A DNA stretch of 64,000 bases, from positions 372,001 through 436,000 of the forward strand of contig MU008160.1 of NCBI GenBank assembly GCA_010909165.1. The letters are read 5' to 3'. The notes below the pieces were generated by a model, which had not been told where the DNA came from, made no database searches, and saw nothing but the letters and a program-made list of their open reading frames with translations. Position 1 is the first letter of the stretch, and every line of letters starts with the position of its first letter. Position numbers and translations under genes: made by a program. Positions 23,030 to 34,502 of this stretch are shown piece by piece. The DNA is from Anthoceros angustus. Lineage: Eukaryota > Plantae > Anthocerotophyta.

Positions 23030-23740
23030 GACTTCTTGCTGATGGTGTGCAGACACTCCGCAATTCAAGAGTTGCCATGAAGAGCCAATGGTCTTGGGCC
23101 ATGAGAGTGCCAGGATCGTCTTGGAGGTTGGTGGAAGTGTGACCCATCTTGCCGTCGGGGACAGGGTGGCTTTGGAGCCGGGATTCCCTGCGGTGACTGT
23201 GCAGTCTGTGAGTCAGGCAGCTATAATCTCTGCCGGAGTGTGATTCTTCGGGTCACCTCCTGTGAATGGGTCTCTTGCACAACAGGTGCTTTTATCGGAA
23301 AATTCCATGATATCCCATGGAGCATATGATTCTGCCCACCTGCAAGTGCCTTGGATACTAAGAAGCTGTGTGCCTGATCTGCAGGTTGTCCACGCTGCAC
23401 ACCGGTGCTTCAAGCTTCCAGACAACATGTCGTTGGAGGAGGGCGCTATGTGTGAGCCTCTCAGTGTTGGAGTGCACGCCTGTCGCCGAGCTGGTGTTGA
23501 GAAGGGAAGCCATGTACTCATCCTCGGGGCAGGTCCTATAGGCTTGATCACCATGATTGTTGCACGAGCACTGGGAGCCAGCAGGTTGTCTTGGCAGATG
23601 TTGATGCTCTGCGGCTTGACGTGGCGAAGAAGCTGGGAGCCGATGGCACTCTTCTTGTCTCTACTGAGTCACAGGTTCGGAGTTAGGTCAAGCAAGAACC
23701 ACATGTTTGCTCTCGGATTCCTGCAAACCTGCATTGAATT
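23030..23740 (+). pseudogene. Partial, indel-damaged copy of the sorbitol dehydrogenase gene (source ~26385-27100)
   Basis: Near-identical to the middle SDH exons and introns, with deletions (e.g. gtgtgattc versus gtgtgagattc). No 5' or 3' exons. Confidence 0.85.
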
Positions 23741-23744
23741 GAGA

Positions 23745-24442
23745 GGCTCCTTGACGGAGCCGAGAAGAGCCCGGTACGAAGCGGACTCGTTTCATGCTCC
23801 ACCTCTCAATGGAGGACCCAGGAGACCTTTCCGCCATGTTAAATATGCAAGCCCCTTAGATGACCCAGACATGGCGGATTTTGTGAGGGAGAATGAATGG
23901 TTCACCACCATCCTGGACGGTGAGGAACCCACATAGCTTTGGTGGTGGTCTTCACGTGAGGCATGGCATTGGAGTTTTGTGACACAATCAATACTCGAAT
24001 GCGTTCTCACAAACTGGAATGAGTATGGTGTAGCAATGGTAGCATCGTGAGAGCACCTGTCGCATACTCTATCATGGATGCCGGAAAATTGGTAACAGGT
24101 AGTGTATGGGCTTTCCAGAAACGTTGTGGCTTTCTGGGAGATGGGACTAAAGAGGCTAGTTGGCAATGGATAGGCGGCAGCCGGCGTTTCCTACTAGGTA
24201 GAGTGGATGGCTGGAAGTTGAATACGTCTCTAACTTTGTTTGCAGAATTTTCAAAGCAAACTTAGAGCGTGCTAGAAAACAAGAGCCATATCTATGTATA
24301 TTCAAAAAGTAAGTTGTTATATATAAATATATTAAAATATTTTATATAAATTTCAAAAAACATTTCGCAAAAGCATACAAGAAAGGGGAATGTCACCTCT
24401 TCATCAAACTTGTTGGAGCTTCCAAAGCTATAGGAAGGACTT
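23745..24442 (+). repeat. Duplicate of the gasdermin-like C-terminal 63 codons plus 3' flank (source ~22338-23032)
   Basis: [17 protein letters not shown]...LDGEEPT* is repeated exactly at 23745-23936, followed by the same 3' flank. Confidence 0.9.
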
Positions 24443-24494
24443 CAACAAGTTCATAAGATTACTATCCAAGCCTTCCACATACGTTTGTATGAAG

Positions 24495-24990
24495 CAAGAC
24501 AGCATGGCCTGCTGGGAACCTCCTAGGGATTACTGATGTTTCTGCTCCTTCTTGTCCTGGTAGCAACACAATATCGGAAGTTGTTTCCAAGACGGCGGAT
24601 CGTGCTCGCCGTGCTTTGAACTTGAGAATTTCTGGTCTTGGTAATGACATTGTTGCACCACTTGTGGCTGCAAAGGAGTTTCTCAATAGGCTAGAGGTCG
24701 ATGTGGTCGTTCCTCGACCCTTCGGGCTTGGAAAGGATCTTGATAGGGAGCGCATATTGATTATGACTTTTCACTCTATGGATGATCGCCTCCAGGTTAT
24801 AAAGGCTAGGTCTATGTTACAGACAACTCACTTATATATCAATGAGGATCTTACACCTTTGCAATGGAAGACTAAGAAGTTACCCGCTTTCAAAGCAGCT
24901 CGTTGTGCAGGTCAAGTGGCTTTCTTTCGTGGGGATGAATTGGTGTTGTTTGGCCCTCGTTCACGCAATTTCATTGACACTGTTGATTGA
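24495..24990 (+). mobile_element. LINE (non-LTR retrotransposon) ORF1-like remnant, no ORF2
   Basis: RRALNLRISGL...RERILIMTFHSMDDRLQVIKARSMLQ..LYINEDLTPLQ..FKAARCAGQVAFFRGDELVL follows the ORF1p RRM/C-terminal pattern. No ATG and no RT/endonuclease nearby. Confidence 0.65.
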
Positions 24991-25274
24991 TTAAAGATTA
25001 TTTGTCTTGTTTAAATTTTACCTTTACATTAGTCCATACTATTTTACCACAATCTATGTAGTTATCATATTTCAGTCCCATGACGGAAATCCGTCCTTAG
25101 TGGACTTAAATAAAATTCTTCTTCTTCTGCTGCTGCTGCAGGCTAGGGGTATCTATTGTTCTCTCAAAAGGTTCAGCATGTATAATTTTCAAATTGAAAA
25201 CCAATGTTGGGCGATCTTAACAACAATACCAATAGTAAGTACAACTTTTGAGATCCCAAGCTACAATATTGTAA

Positions 25275-25797
25275 GAACAATAATCAGTTTATGGAGCACA
25301 CTTCTCCATCTCAAGAACATAAAGGATTTTTTTTCCGCACTACATTGATGTACTAGGTAGAACCATCCATGAGTTCTGGATGTGATATAAGAATCATCCC
25401 ATGAGTTCTGAATTTTTGAATATGATATAAAAATCATTCCATAAATCCCATCAATAGATATATATGACATCTTCCTTAAAGATCTTATCTACCTTTATAT
25501 ATTATTATATAAATTTACGAAGCTTAGTATCGAAGCTTCATCCATATCCTATATAACAACATCGAATCCTCCTCTTCAAGGAGAAGTTGCCTTTTCTTTG
25601 GAAGTCCGACGCACTTGGCTGCTTTTCGGGCAATTCCGAAGCACTTGCCTTTCCCTTTGGATGTCCGGACTCCGATGAATGCTTGGGGACGAAATGGATA
25701 TCCGAAGCGTGCATTCCAGCCTCTGTTTTGTTCCAATGTACCTTCCCGTGGCCCACTCGGGAACAAGAGACGTAGACAAGAGAACAGCGCAGGAAGC
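25275..25797. repeat. Second copy of the 21085-21600 block, upstream of SDH
   Basis: Direct sequence match with small indels. Confidence 0.85.
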
Positions 25798-25979
25798 GTG
25801 TGTTTCACGAGAATGTCGGCTGCCGTGACGTCAGCAAGCAGTTCGGACAGTGAGTCAGTGAGGACACGAACACAGCAAGACGATCCTTGCCTGTGCTATA
25901 TTTTAGTGGCAGATGGAATCCACTCGCTGCTGATGCCCTCCTGCGAGCTCCGAAGCTGAAGTGGCTTCATCTTGCGGAA

Positions 25980-27580
25980 ATGGGCACCTTGAATGTCGAA
26001 GCTGCGGGAGGCAAGACCGAGAAGCATGACGCCCCGGAGGCGGACACTCCTGCCTGCTTCAGGCCCTTCTCCCAGGAAGAGGAGGCAGAGCTGGCGAAGA
26101 AGGGAGGCATTTTGGCTGTCTGGCTGTGCGGCATCAACAAGCTGCGCGTGCTCCCCTACTCCGTGCCCAACGCGTTGGGTTGGCTTTCGAGCTCCCGTCT
26201 CTGCGTTCGGATTGTTGAGGGACTGAGAGGTCTGAGTCGGAGAAACTGTTCTGCCAGGTGCCCAGGAGGTCAGAATCCAGATCAAGGCTGTTGGTATCTG
26301 TGGCAGCGACGTGCACTATGTGAAGGTATGTGGAAGAAGGAGACTAACCCGATGGAGTGGTGGGCTGGGGTGAGCTTGCTGAATGACTTCTTGCTGATGG
26401 TGTGCAGACACTCCGCAATTCAAGAGTTGCCATGAAGGAGCCAATGGTCTTGGGCCATGAGAGTGCCGGGATCGTCTTGGAGGTTGGTGGAAGTGTGACC
26501 CATCTTGCCGTCGGGGACAGGGTGGCTTTGGAGCCGGGGATTCCCTGCGGTGACTGTGCAGTCTGTGAGTCAGGCAGCTATAATCTCTGCCGGAGTGTGA
26601 GATTCTTCGGGTCACCTCCTGTGAATGGGTCTCTTGCACAACAGGTGCTTTTATCGGAAAATTCCATGATATCCCATGGAGCATATGATTCTGCCCACCT
26701 GCAAGTGCCTTGGATACTAAAGAAGCTGTGTGCCTGATCTGCAGGTTGTCCACGCTGCACACCGGTGCTTCAAGCTTCCAGACAACATGTCGTTGGAGGA
26801 GGGCGCTATGTGTGAGCCTCTCAGTGTTGGAGTGCACGCCTGTCGCCGAGCTGGTGTTGAGAAGGGAAGCCATGTACTCATCCTCGGGGCAGGTCCTATA
26901 GGCTTGATCACCATGATTGTTGCACGAGCACTGGGAGCCAGCAGGGTTGTCTTGGCAGATGTTGATGCTCTGCGGCTTGACGTGGCGAAGAAGCTGGGAG
27001 CCGATGGCACTCTTCTTGTCTCTACTGAGTCACAGGTTCGGAGTTAGGTCAAGCAAGAACCACATGTTTGCTCTCGGATTCCTGCAAACCTGCATTGAAG
27101 AGAGGCTCCTTGCAGGATACAGATGAAGAGATCGCAGCACTGGAGAAAACCATGGGAGCTCCTGTAGATGTGACATTCGACTGTGCTGGGTTCACAAAAA
27201 CGATGACCACTGCTCTGCAGATCACCAAATCGGGCGGCAAGGTTTGCCTCGTGGGAATGGGTCAGAGGAGTATGAACCTGCCGATTACCAATGCTGCTGC
27301 AAGGTGAGGCTGTCACAGGATGGATGGTGAGCCTGCAAATTCCTCAAATTCTGTTGAAATGGGCCTCTAACCTCTAGCGTTTTTCAGGGAGGTCGACATC
27401 GTCGGCGTCTTCAGATACCGCAACACATATCCTGAGTGTATTGATCTCATAAGCAGCGGTAAGGTGGACGTTCGACCTCTCATAACACACCGTTTCGGCT
27501 TGTCTCAAGCAGAGGTGGAGGAAGCCTTCAAAACAAGTGCCCGGGGAGGACATGCCATAAAAGTCATGTTCATTCTCTGA
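25980..27580 (+). CDS. SDH: Sorbitol (L-iditol 2-) dehydrogenase, zinc-dependent MDR family; 6 exons
   Basis: Spliced product contains [39 protein letters not shown] and FRYRNTYP, and ends HAIKVMFIL*. Canonical GT-AG introns. Confidence 0.93.
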
Positions 27581-27856
27581 ACAGACTCGCAGAGCAAACT
27601 CACGCTCTGTATTGGGAGGACGTTTCACATGGTAGACCTTCTGAAAATATTATTTACACTGCCGCTAACATTAACATTGATCACTTACCCTGTTAGCCGC
27701 GGGCCCTGAAAAACGGCACGTCCATGATAAGACGCCTAAAACCCATCGCTTCGCATAAAAGTATCAAAATCTCCCGAACTTCGTCTAAAAACTTACATCC
27801 TGAAGAGCTCCAACAATATCTGGCTTGTTTCTCCTTGCGCGTAAGTTCAGACGCAT

Positions 27857-27938
27857 CACCACCCAGAAGCTAACTGGACACCACTCAGAAGCTGACTGGA
27901 CACCACCCAGAAGCTAACTGGACACCACCCAGAAGCTA
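27857..27938. repeat. 22-bp tandem repeat (caccacccagaagctaactgga) x ~3.7
   Basis: Head-to-tail units without spacers, just 3' of the 27955..30111 gene. Confidence 0.85.
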
Positions 27939-27954
27939 CTAACTAGACTCCAAG

Positions 27955-30111
27955 TTATGCACTGGAAGAGTAGCCACAACTCGACCCCGACTCGTTACCT
28001 TCATAGAATTTCTGCAGTGCAGCTTTTGCCCTCAAAACCTGCGATCTAAGAGCCGGTGGAAGCTTGGGATCTGCAAGGAGTTGGTCATATCGATCCAGTT
28101 GCAATCCGTTGTTCACCCTCTCTGGTGACTGTTGCACATGTTGCACAGGAGCCTCAGTGGTGGACTGGACTCTTGTCTGGATGCTACTTGCCTCTTGAGC
28201 AGCTGTACCGTCTTGATAGACATAATCAAGGTCATCCTCTGCGTGTTTCTCCTCACTGCTAGAAACACTAGCATTCTCACCATCCACATTACTATGAAAG
28301 ACTCGGGCAGCAGGGCTGACGCTCGTAAGACTGTCACTGGAGGCCTGCTCCGGGTCACTGGAGGCCTGCTCTGGAACAAGATCCGGTATTGTCTCCTCTG
28401 CTCCACTTCCCTCTGGAGTCCACTCCCTTGCTAATTCCTCGTGCGGCTGTAAGTTTAGCTTAGCGTTGAGTGTGTGTTGCAGGGTTGGATTAACTTGATC
28501 TTCTGCATAATCTCCGTCACTTTCTGCAAAATCTTCTTCATTTTCTACAAAACTAGTCTCACCAAAGTTCTCCTCAAGATCTCTATCGTCCTTGCTTGAG
28601 TCCACTTCACTCTGGTCAGCCTCCTCTCTACCATGACCTCCACTTTGGTCAGCCTCCTCTCCGACATGACCTTCACTTTGATCAGCCTCGTCTCTCTCTC
28701 GTTCGTTGTGTTCAGAGTCTGTGTCAGGAGTGCCAGCATCAACGCTAACCTCAACTACACTGTCACAAACTGTGAGATCCTGTTGACCTCCCTGCCCATC
28801 CTTCTCATCACACTGCGAGTCCTGCACAACCTCCTCTTTGACTCCCTCATTACCACGGTGTAAATCCTTCCCGGCCTCCTCAAGGACAGGCTCAGGGACG
28901 GAGATAACAGCTTTCTCACCTACTTCACCACTGTCGAATCCCCTTGCAGTGTCTTCAGCAGGGGTGGCCTTGCACAGAAGGTCAGCAGCAGGAACATATC
29001 CTCCATCTACATGTCGATCAGCACTTCCACAGCAAATCCCCTTTGAATCTGCCGTCTCCCGAACATATTCCACCCGATTATCACTGGTATCTTCGCTCCG
29101 GTTATTCGCAGCAGATAAAAGCGACTCCGCATCTCCATGTAGCTCTTGTTGTTGTGAAAACCCGTCGCTAATCCCTTTCTTATCTGGACGGTCGGAAACA
29201 TCTTCAACCTGCTCATCAATAGTAGGATCTACTGGAGTGCCCTCAATATTCTCCTTCTTCACAACAAGAAAAGCTACATCACCGACCGGGCCTTTAACAC
29301 CTGATAACACAACGTCCACAGCTGGCGAGGTTGTCCTGCTCGTCACCTCCTCAATATCCCGCTCTCCACCTCTTACATCTCCGTCCTCAAATTCAGACAC
29401 CGAGCTCACAGCAAAGATATCCCTCTGCTCGCTCGACCCGCCGTCTTCACCATATTTAGCCCCCGAACCATGCACATGCAGATCTGCTAGCACTACGCTG
29501 CTACCAAACGTCCGTTCCTCCTTCACATCCTTCCCCTCCACCAATCCGACATCCCGTGGTTCAGACTCCGTCACCTCCTTCACAACCTCCCTCTGCGGAG
29601 AGAAAGGTCCCAAACCATCGCACACCGCAGGCTCGGCCGCCGCCCGCTCTGCAGAATCAGCCAAGCCACTCTCCACAATCTCACTCCGCGCTTTCACACC
29701 ATCCTCCGAGCCTGCCACCACAAGCGGAAGCCTTTGTACAGCATGCACCTCCGCTGCTGGAACCGCGTGCACATCATCGGCTCCTCCACTCAATCCATCA
29801 CCAGCCACTTTGCACACAACATCCTCACTCTCTGCTTCCTTACTCCGAGCTCCATCCCTCAAAGTCCCCGCCGTCTCCTCCTTTGTTTCTTTTCCCTTTT
29901 CCTTCTTCTGCCTCTCCTTCTTCCCCTTTTTCTCCTCCTTCCCCTTGTCCTTGCCTTTTCGGCAGTCTTCCTCACCTTGCTTCCCCTTGTTGGCCTTTCT
30001 GCGCCAGGTCCAGCCGAACAGGAGCGCAGCACCGCCTAGGAGCCCCAAGCGGAACTGGCGAGTCCTGAAAACGGCTAAAAGGACATCCATTTTCTCCTCC
30101 GTCATCTCCAC
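27955..30111 (-). CDS. Hypothetical 718-aa acidic, largely disordered protein with an N-terminal membrane anchor
   Basis: Single long ORF: hydrophobic LGLLGGAALLFGWTW followed by a basic stretch, a Glu/Asp-rich body with EEADQS repeats, and a short helical C-terminus. Confidence 0.7.
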   Translation of the reverse strand: MEMTEEKMDVLLAVFRTRQFRLGLLGGAALLFGWTWRRKANKGKQGEEDCRKGKDKGKEEKKGKKERQKKEKGKETKEETAGTLRDGARSKEAESEDVVCKVAGDGLSGGADDVHAVPAAEVHAVQRLPLVVAGSEDGVKARSEIVESGLADSAERAAAEPAVCDGLGPFSPQREVVKEVTESEPRDVGLVEGKDVKEERTFGSSVVLADLHVHGSGAKYGEDGGSSEQRDIFAVSSVSEFEDGDVRGGERDIEEVTSRTTSPAVDVVLSGVKGPVGDVAFLVVKKENIEGTPVDPTIDEQVEDVSDRPDKKGISDGFSQQQELHGDAESLLSAANNRSEDTSDNRVEYVRETADSKGICCGSADRHVDGGYVPAADLLCKATPAEDTARGFDSGEVGEKAVISVPEPVLEEAGKDLHRGNEGVKEEVVQDSQCDEKDGQGGQQDLTVCDSVVEVSVDAGTPDTDSEHNERERDEADQSEGHVGEEADQSGGHGREEADQSEVDSSKDDRDLEENFGETSFVENEEDFAESDGDYAEDQVNPTLQHTLNAKLNLQPHEELAREWTPEGSGAEETIPDLVPEQASSDPEQASSDSLTSVSPAARVFHSNVDGENASVSSSEEKHAEDDLDYVYQDGTAAQEASSIQTRVQSTTEAPVQHVQQSPERVNNGLQLDRYDQLLADPKLPPALRSQVLRAKAALQKFYEGNESGSSCGYSSSA

Positions 30112-32190
30112 CTCGCTCAGCGTCCCACACTTGTCATGTTGCTCGCAGGCAGGTGTCAGCTGGGCCGAGACAGCGCAGCTGTGCGGCGCAATCTACAGTC
30201 TGCCTCCCGATGTGAGGCACTCACTTGTTGCCTTGCCAGATACCCCACGCCTGTCCCACCACTGTGCAAAGCGTTTCCTCATGAGAGCTGTCAGAGCTTG
30301 TGATTACCGCCGGCTGCTTTACTACCTGGATCCGATCAACAGTCAAGAAGCCCGCATTCAGAGCCACAACAGGCTCCAGGCTCCCTCGGTGCATCGTCTT
30401 TCTCGCGTACCGTGACCACAGTCGGCGAAGCCCGATGCCTGATTCGGGCTTGGCTCCAACAATCATGTGCCCGAAACTTCACTCCAAGTGAACTGCAATC
30501 AGGATAAATCATAGTAAATATTTGTGATCGAAAGTTACCCCTTCATTTATTTGTGGCTGAAACTTCCTCAAATCCGTTTTTGTGTCCAAGACTCCGAGAT
30601 GCTAGGCTAGGCAATGCATTTCTCCACTGCCTGGACTGCTCCTTTGCTTTCTCGATGCCTTCTTGTTTGTGTTTAGTGACTCCCTCTTCATCTTCTTCTT
30701 CACATATCGACGCCGAGACACAAACTTATCTCACAGTTTGATGAGAGGTGATAGCTTCCTTATCCTTGCATGGCTGTTTATTACAAGGATGAGGTGGGAG
30801 CTGTTCATGCATGGCTGTTTGTTCCAGGATGAGGTGCAAGACCACCTTTTGAGGTGCAAGACCGTCTTTTGAGGTGCAAGCCTTGCTTTGAAGGACGAGA
30901 CACCTTTCAGTATTCATGCATGGCTGTTAGTTACAGCAGCTTGATAACCATTACTTTGGTTCATGGAGTAAAAGGTTTCACCGCTCATGGAAGGCTCAGC
31001 ACTGGCAGGTTGTCGTCTTCCTGTGTGCATCTCAGTCAGTGCGTGGGCTCCAGTCCAGTCTCTGCCTCAGGGTACCTTTCCTTGCAACAGGTGGCTTTCC
31101 TGCACTGACGCTGATGGGATGGCTTGAGTCACTATACAACGATCGAAGCCTTCGGTACACCGCGTTATCCCTGGCCTGGCCCGCACTTCCTGTTCCTGCC
31201 ACAATCCCACTTTTGGCTTCTTTGGACGAGCTCTGCAGGAGCTGCACAGATTCTATAAAATGCGGCCGGCGCAATTATCTATCCTATTTAGAAGCAGTAT
31301 GTAGTCTCAAGCCTCGGGAGAAGGAGAATGTGATGGAGATCTGAGGAGGAGGAGCAGGAAGAGCAGGAGGAAGATTTGTTCTTGGTGCATGCATTCTTGG
31401 AGGAAGGGAAGTCGGGGACTGGCATAATGAGGGAATTCACGATAGCGCTCATCGTTTGCTGGTGCCTTGTCATCCTCACGCGCGCGCTGTCCAACACGGT
31501 GGCAGACTACGAGAAGCAGTTGGCGCGCGCAAGTAATGGATCTCCTTCTCCTGCTTATAATCTCTGCTTGCTCTCCAAGTTACGCGGGATCTGAGTACTT
31601 GTGGTTGCATGTGTGCGTGCAGGAAGGGAGGCGGAGGAGGGCATGAGAATGTCGCTATGGTCAAGGGCAGAGTATCAGAGCTCACGCTTTTGTGATTGAG
31701 AATTTGCGGGAGGATTTACTCTTACGTCCTACGGTTTGTGGCATGTGCAGTCTCCGACAGCCTCACTTCTACTGGAGCCGCTTGGCATGGCAGGCATGAC
31801 CAAGCTGGTTGCCGCGCTGATCTCTGTGAGCCTCTTCATCGTCTTTGCGGCTCAGTGCCGGCTCTAATTCGAGCTGCTACTCTCCATGGCCAGGACTTTC
31901 ACTTCTGCATGTGTCTATTTGGATGTCAGATCTGGTCAGCAGATCCGTGAACTTCATCAGACCACATTTGTGCATAAGAAGCTTCCAGATCAGAACGTCG
32001 GGTAGAGGTGGTTGGCCGGAGAGGCAGACGTGGGCTTTAGTTGTCTGCAGTGCGTGATCAAGGCTGCCGGCAGCCAGCTCATCGAGGTCCATCGGTACAA
32101 GCTCTTAGTATTGAAAGATTTACTTCCAAGACTGAATTTGACACACCAGATGTACATAAAAGACTCTAATACTGTTGCTGACTATTAGCG

Positions 32191-33978
32191 TTATGTGACG
32201 AAGATGAATTCTCTGTCCAGACCACAAGGCTGGTAAGGAGTCGGGTTCACAATCTTTCTGCCTTCCAGGATGGGCAGGTCATCTCGAAGGGGTATCTTCT
32301 CTCGCCATACGAAATCATTCTCATGCTCAAATTTGCGGAACATCTCGGCTAGGGCATCGGTTTCCTGCCTCAAGATGAGTCTCCAGTCATCCTCACCTGC
32401 AGCAGTACATTCTCAGTTCCCGTGTTTGTGAAAGACTGTAAAACCAGCAACACGTACTTATCGACAGCCACAAACCTGGAATTTTTTGTAGCTGTATCCT
32501 GGTCATGGCATATTTCAGGACCCCAATTGCTACTCCCAACTTTTCTTGCTGCTTCAGATCATTAGCGATGTATCTTTGGCTCCTGGCTTCGTGCAAAGCA
32601 GAGCAGATGGCTATGTATCTCTAGAAGCAGAGGCTAGTTAGAGCTACAGAATGCCAGATCAGGTTCAGAAGTATACTACGTCGCGGAATATTGAGTTTCA
32701 ACTTAAAACATGATGCCTACCCGGAGTCTGTCCGACACGTCGTTCCAGTCGGAGGCACTGGACTGCAGCACCAGGTTCACTTCCTCCAGAATCTGTACCA
32801 CCCCATAGTGTAGCTTTGCTAACAAGCCTCCACTTGTTGCCTTCTCCTCTGCTTTCCGTACAGTAACAGCCTGGACCGGGAGATACAGGCTTGTGAGAAC
32901 CAGAGCATCATAGGCATGACTTGTTGGGGTGCAAGAACCCATGGACACAAGGGCAAACCTGTGCTTCTGCCAAGCATATTAAGCTCATAATGGACGCCAT
33001 CGACGCGGTAGCTTCTGGGGGCCTTTCACCAGTCAAAACCGACTGCAAGTCAGGTAGCAAATTCTCCGCCAGGTGCTGATAAACACCAGCCGCTCGTCTA
33101 AACAAGGCTGCAGATTCCACCAAGTCTGTAACACAAGCCAAATCCGACATAAGACCTTATTGGCATTTCAGCTAGTTATCGGCTGCTACGGGCGATGAGG
33201 AAAAAATGCCTTGCAGATCCACCACCTGAATCAAGAACTTCCAATGCCCGTTCTCTCAGAAGAGCTCCATAGAGGGACAACATCATCCCCAGCTCAAATC
33301 GAAGATCATCCACGCGGAAATATTTTGGGCCACCCAGGCCCATGCCACTGTAACCACTCAAAGGGCTTGTCCACCTGATTTTCAAATCTATAGTCCACTG
33401 AAGTATTTGCTCATTTTCCTTTTGATCCGCAACTCGCACAAGCAGGTTCTCCATGTGTGGCAGGTAGCGTTCTACTCGCTGAATGTCCTACAAGGGAGCA
33501 CAACAAAAGTTAGGCTTCATAGTTGTAGCTTCAGGGAAGACTTGTGGGAAGACTTCATGCTTTCTCGTTTCAGCAATGCAAATTTCATCCAAAGAAAGAA
33601 CTGATTGAAGCTATGCCAATGTACAAGTGCCGAGGCCCAGTACCTACCTGCAAGACTGGAGATGTAACCCCACCTGCCATTTCTCTGGCTATGGCGGCTG
33701 CGATTTGGCTAACGCCATTGATTGATTCTTCAATCGCTTTCCTTTTGCTACTTAGCTCCTTCAACTGTTCCAGGGTACCAGAGTCTCGAGCATAGTACGT
33801 TTCCTCGAAGACAACCTACAGATGGGTACAACCAGTCCTTCATTGCTTGAGTTTGATTTCTGGGAAGACGTGAGAGGGCCACTACACCACTTTGGAACAA
33901 ACTATCAGGACTGACGAAAAAGAATGAGCTTACTTTCCGTGTCTTCAACTTCGCAGGGTCTGAGAAATGAAGCAGCAT
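32191..33978 (-). CDS. BRO1-domain protein (BROX-like, endosomal/ESCRT-associated), multi-exon
   Basis: Exons read MLLHFSDPAKLKTRK, IRWTSPL..DDLRFELGMMLSLYGA, FRRAAGVYQHLA, LICLAEAQAV, LAKLHYG and HENDFVWREKIP. GT-AG introns. Confidence 0.88.
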
Positions 33979-34096
33979 CTTGATCACGTTCGACGGATGC
34001 ACTTGTGCCAAGACACCAGCACTCTGTTGACTCAAGGAGCAGAGACATACACTTGTAGAATTCCTCTAAACAAGCCTAGAGCCAAGCAGTTGGTTG

Positions 34097-34502
34097 TCAG
34101 AGCCGTTCTCCGTCACCTTCTACCGGCCTATCCTCAACAACGTCTTCCTTCGGAAGCTTGGCAATCTCTTCTCTAATCCTTTCCTGCAGCAATCGGAATG
34201 GAAACCATAAGTAACCCTCGATGACACAGGACTCCCGAGAATGCCACGCACAATCCTTGTGCTGAGGCAAGATTACTGCAACTGGATGCATACTAAGTCA
34301 GCTGGACTGGCCGCCAAGCTTGTGATACCATTCCAAAACACCAAAGCCGCCTTCCTGGTATTGAAGCTGAGTGGCCAAGAGACAGGATGCTGCGCAGACA
34401 AGGTACCTTGTAACTTTCCTCAACGCTATGCATCACTTTGAACCCAATGGCGCCACCAGCCAAAGTGCCCAAAATGATCCGAAATGTTCCCCAGTTGCTC
34501 AT
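34097..34502 (-). CDS. Small (~60 aa) single-TM protein, two exons
   Basis: MSNWGTFRIILGTLAGGAIGFKVMHSVEESYK|ERIREEIAKLP... joined through a GT..CAG intron. Resembles conserved small plant membrane proteins. Confidence 0.65.

Noticed and set aside
27857-27938. 22-bp repeat as a CRISPR-like array
   Set aside because: The units are head-to-tail with no unique spacers, the context is eukaryotic, and there are no cas genes.
28838-30415. 525-aa Ser-rich plus-strand ORF
   Set aside because: Antisense shadow of the acidic 718-aa gene.
32191-33978. Functional link between the BRO1/ESCRT gene and gasdermin pore repair
   Set aside because: It is ~10 kb away within an ordinary run of housekeeping genes. 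Proximity in a compact eukaryotic genome is not evidence.
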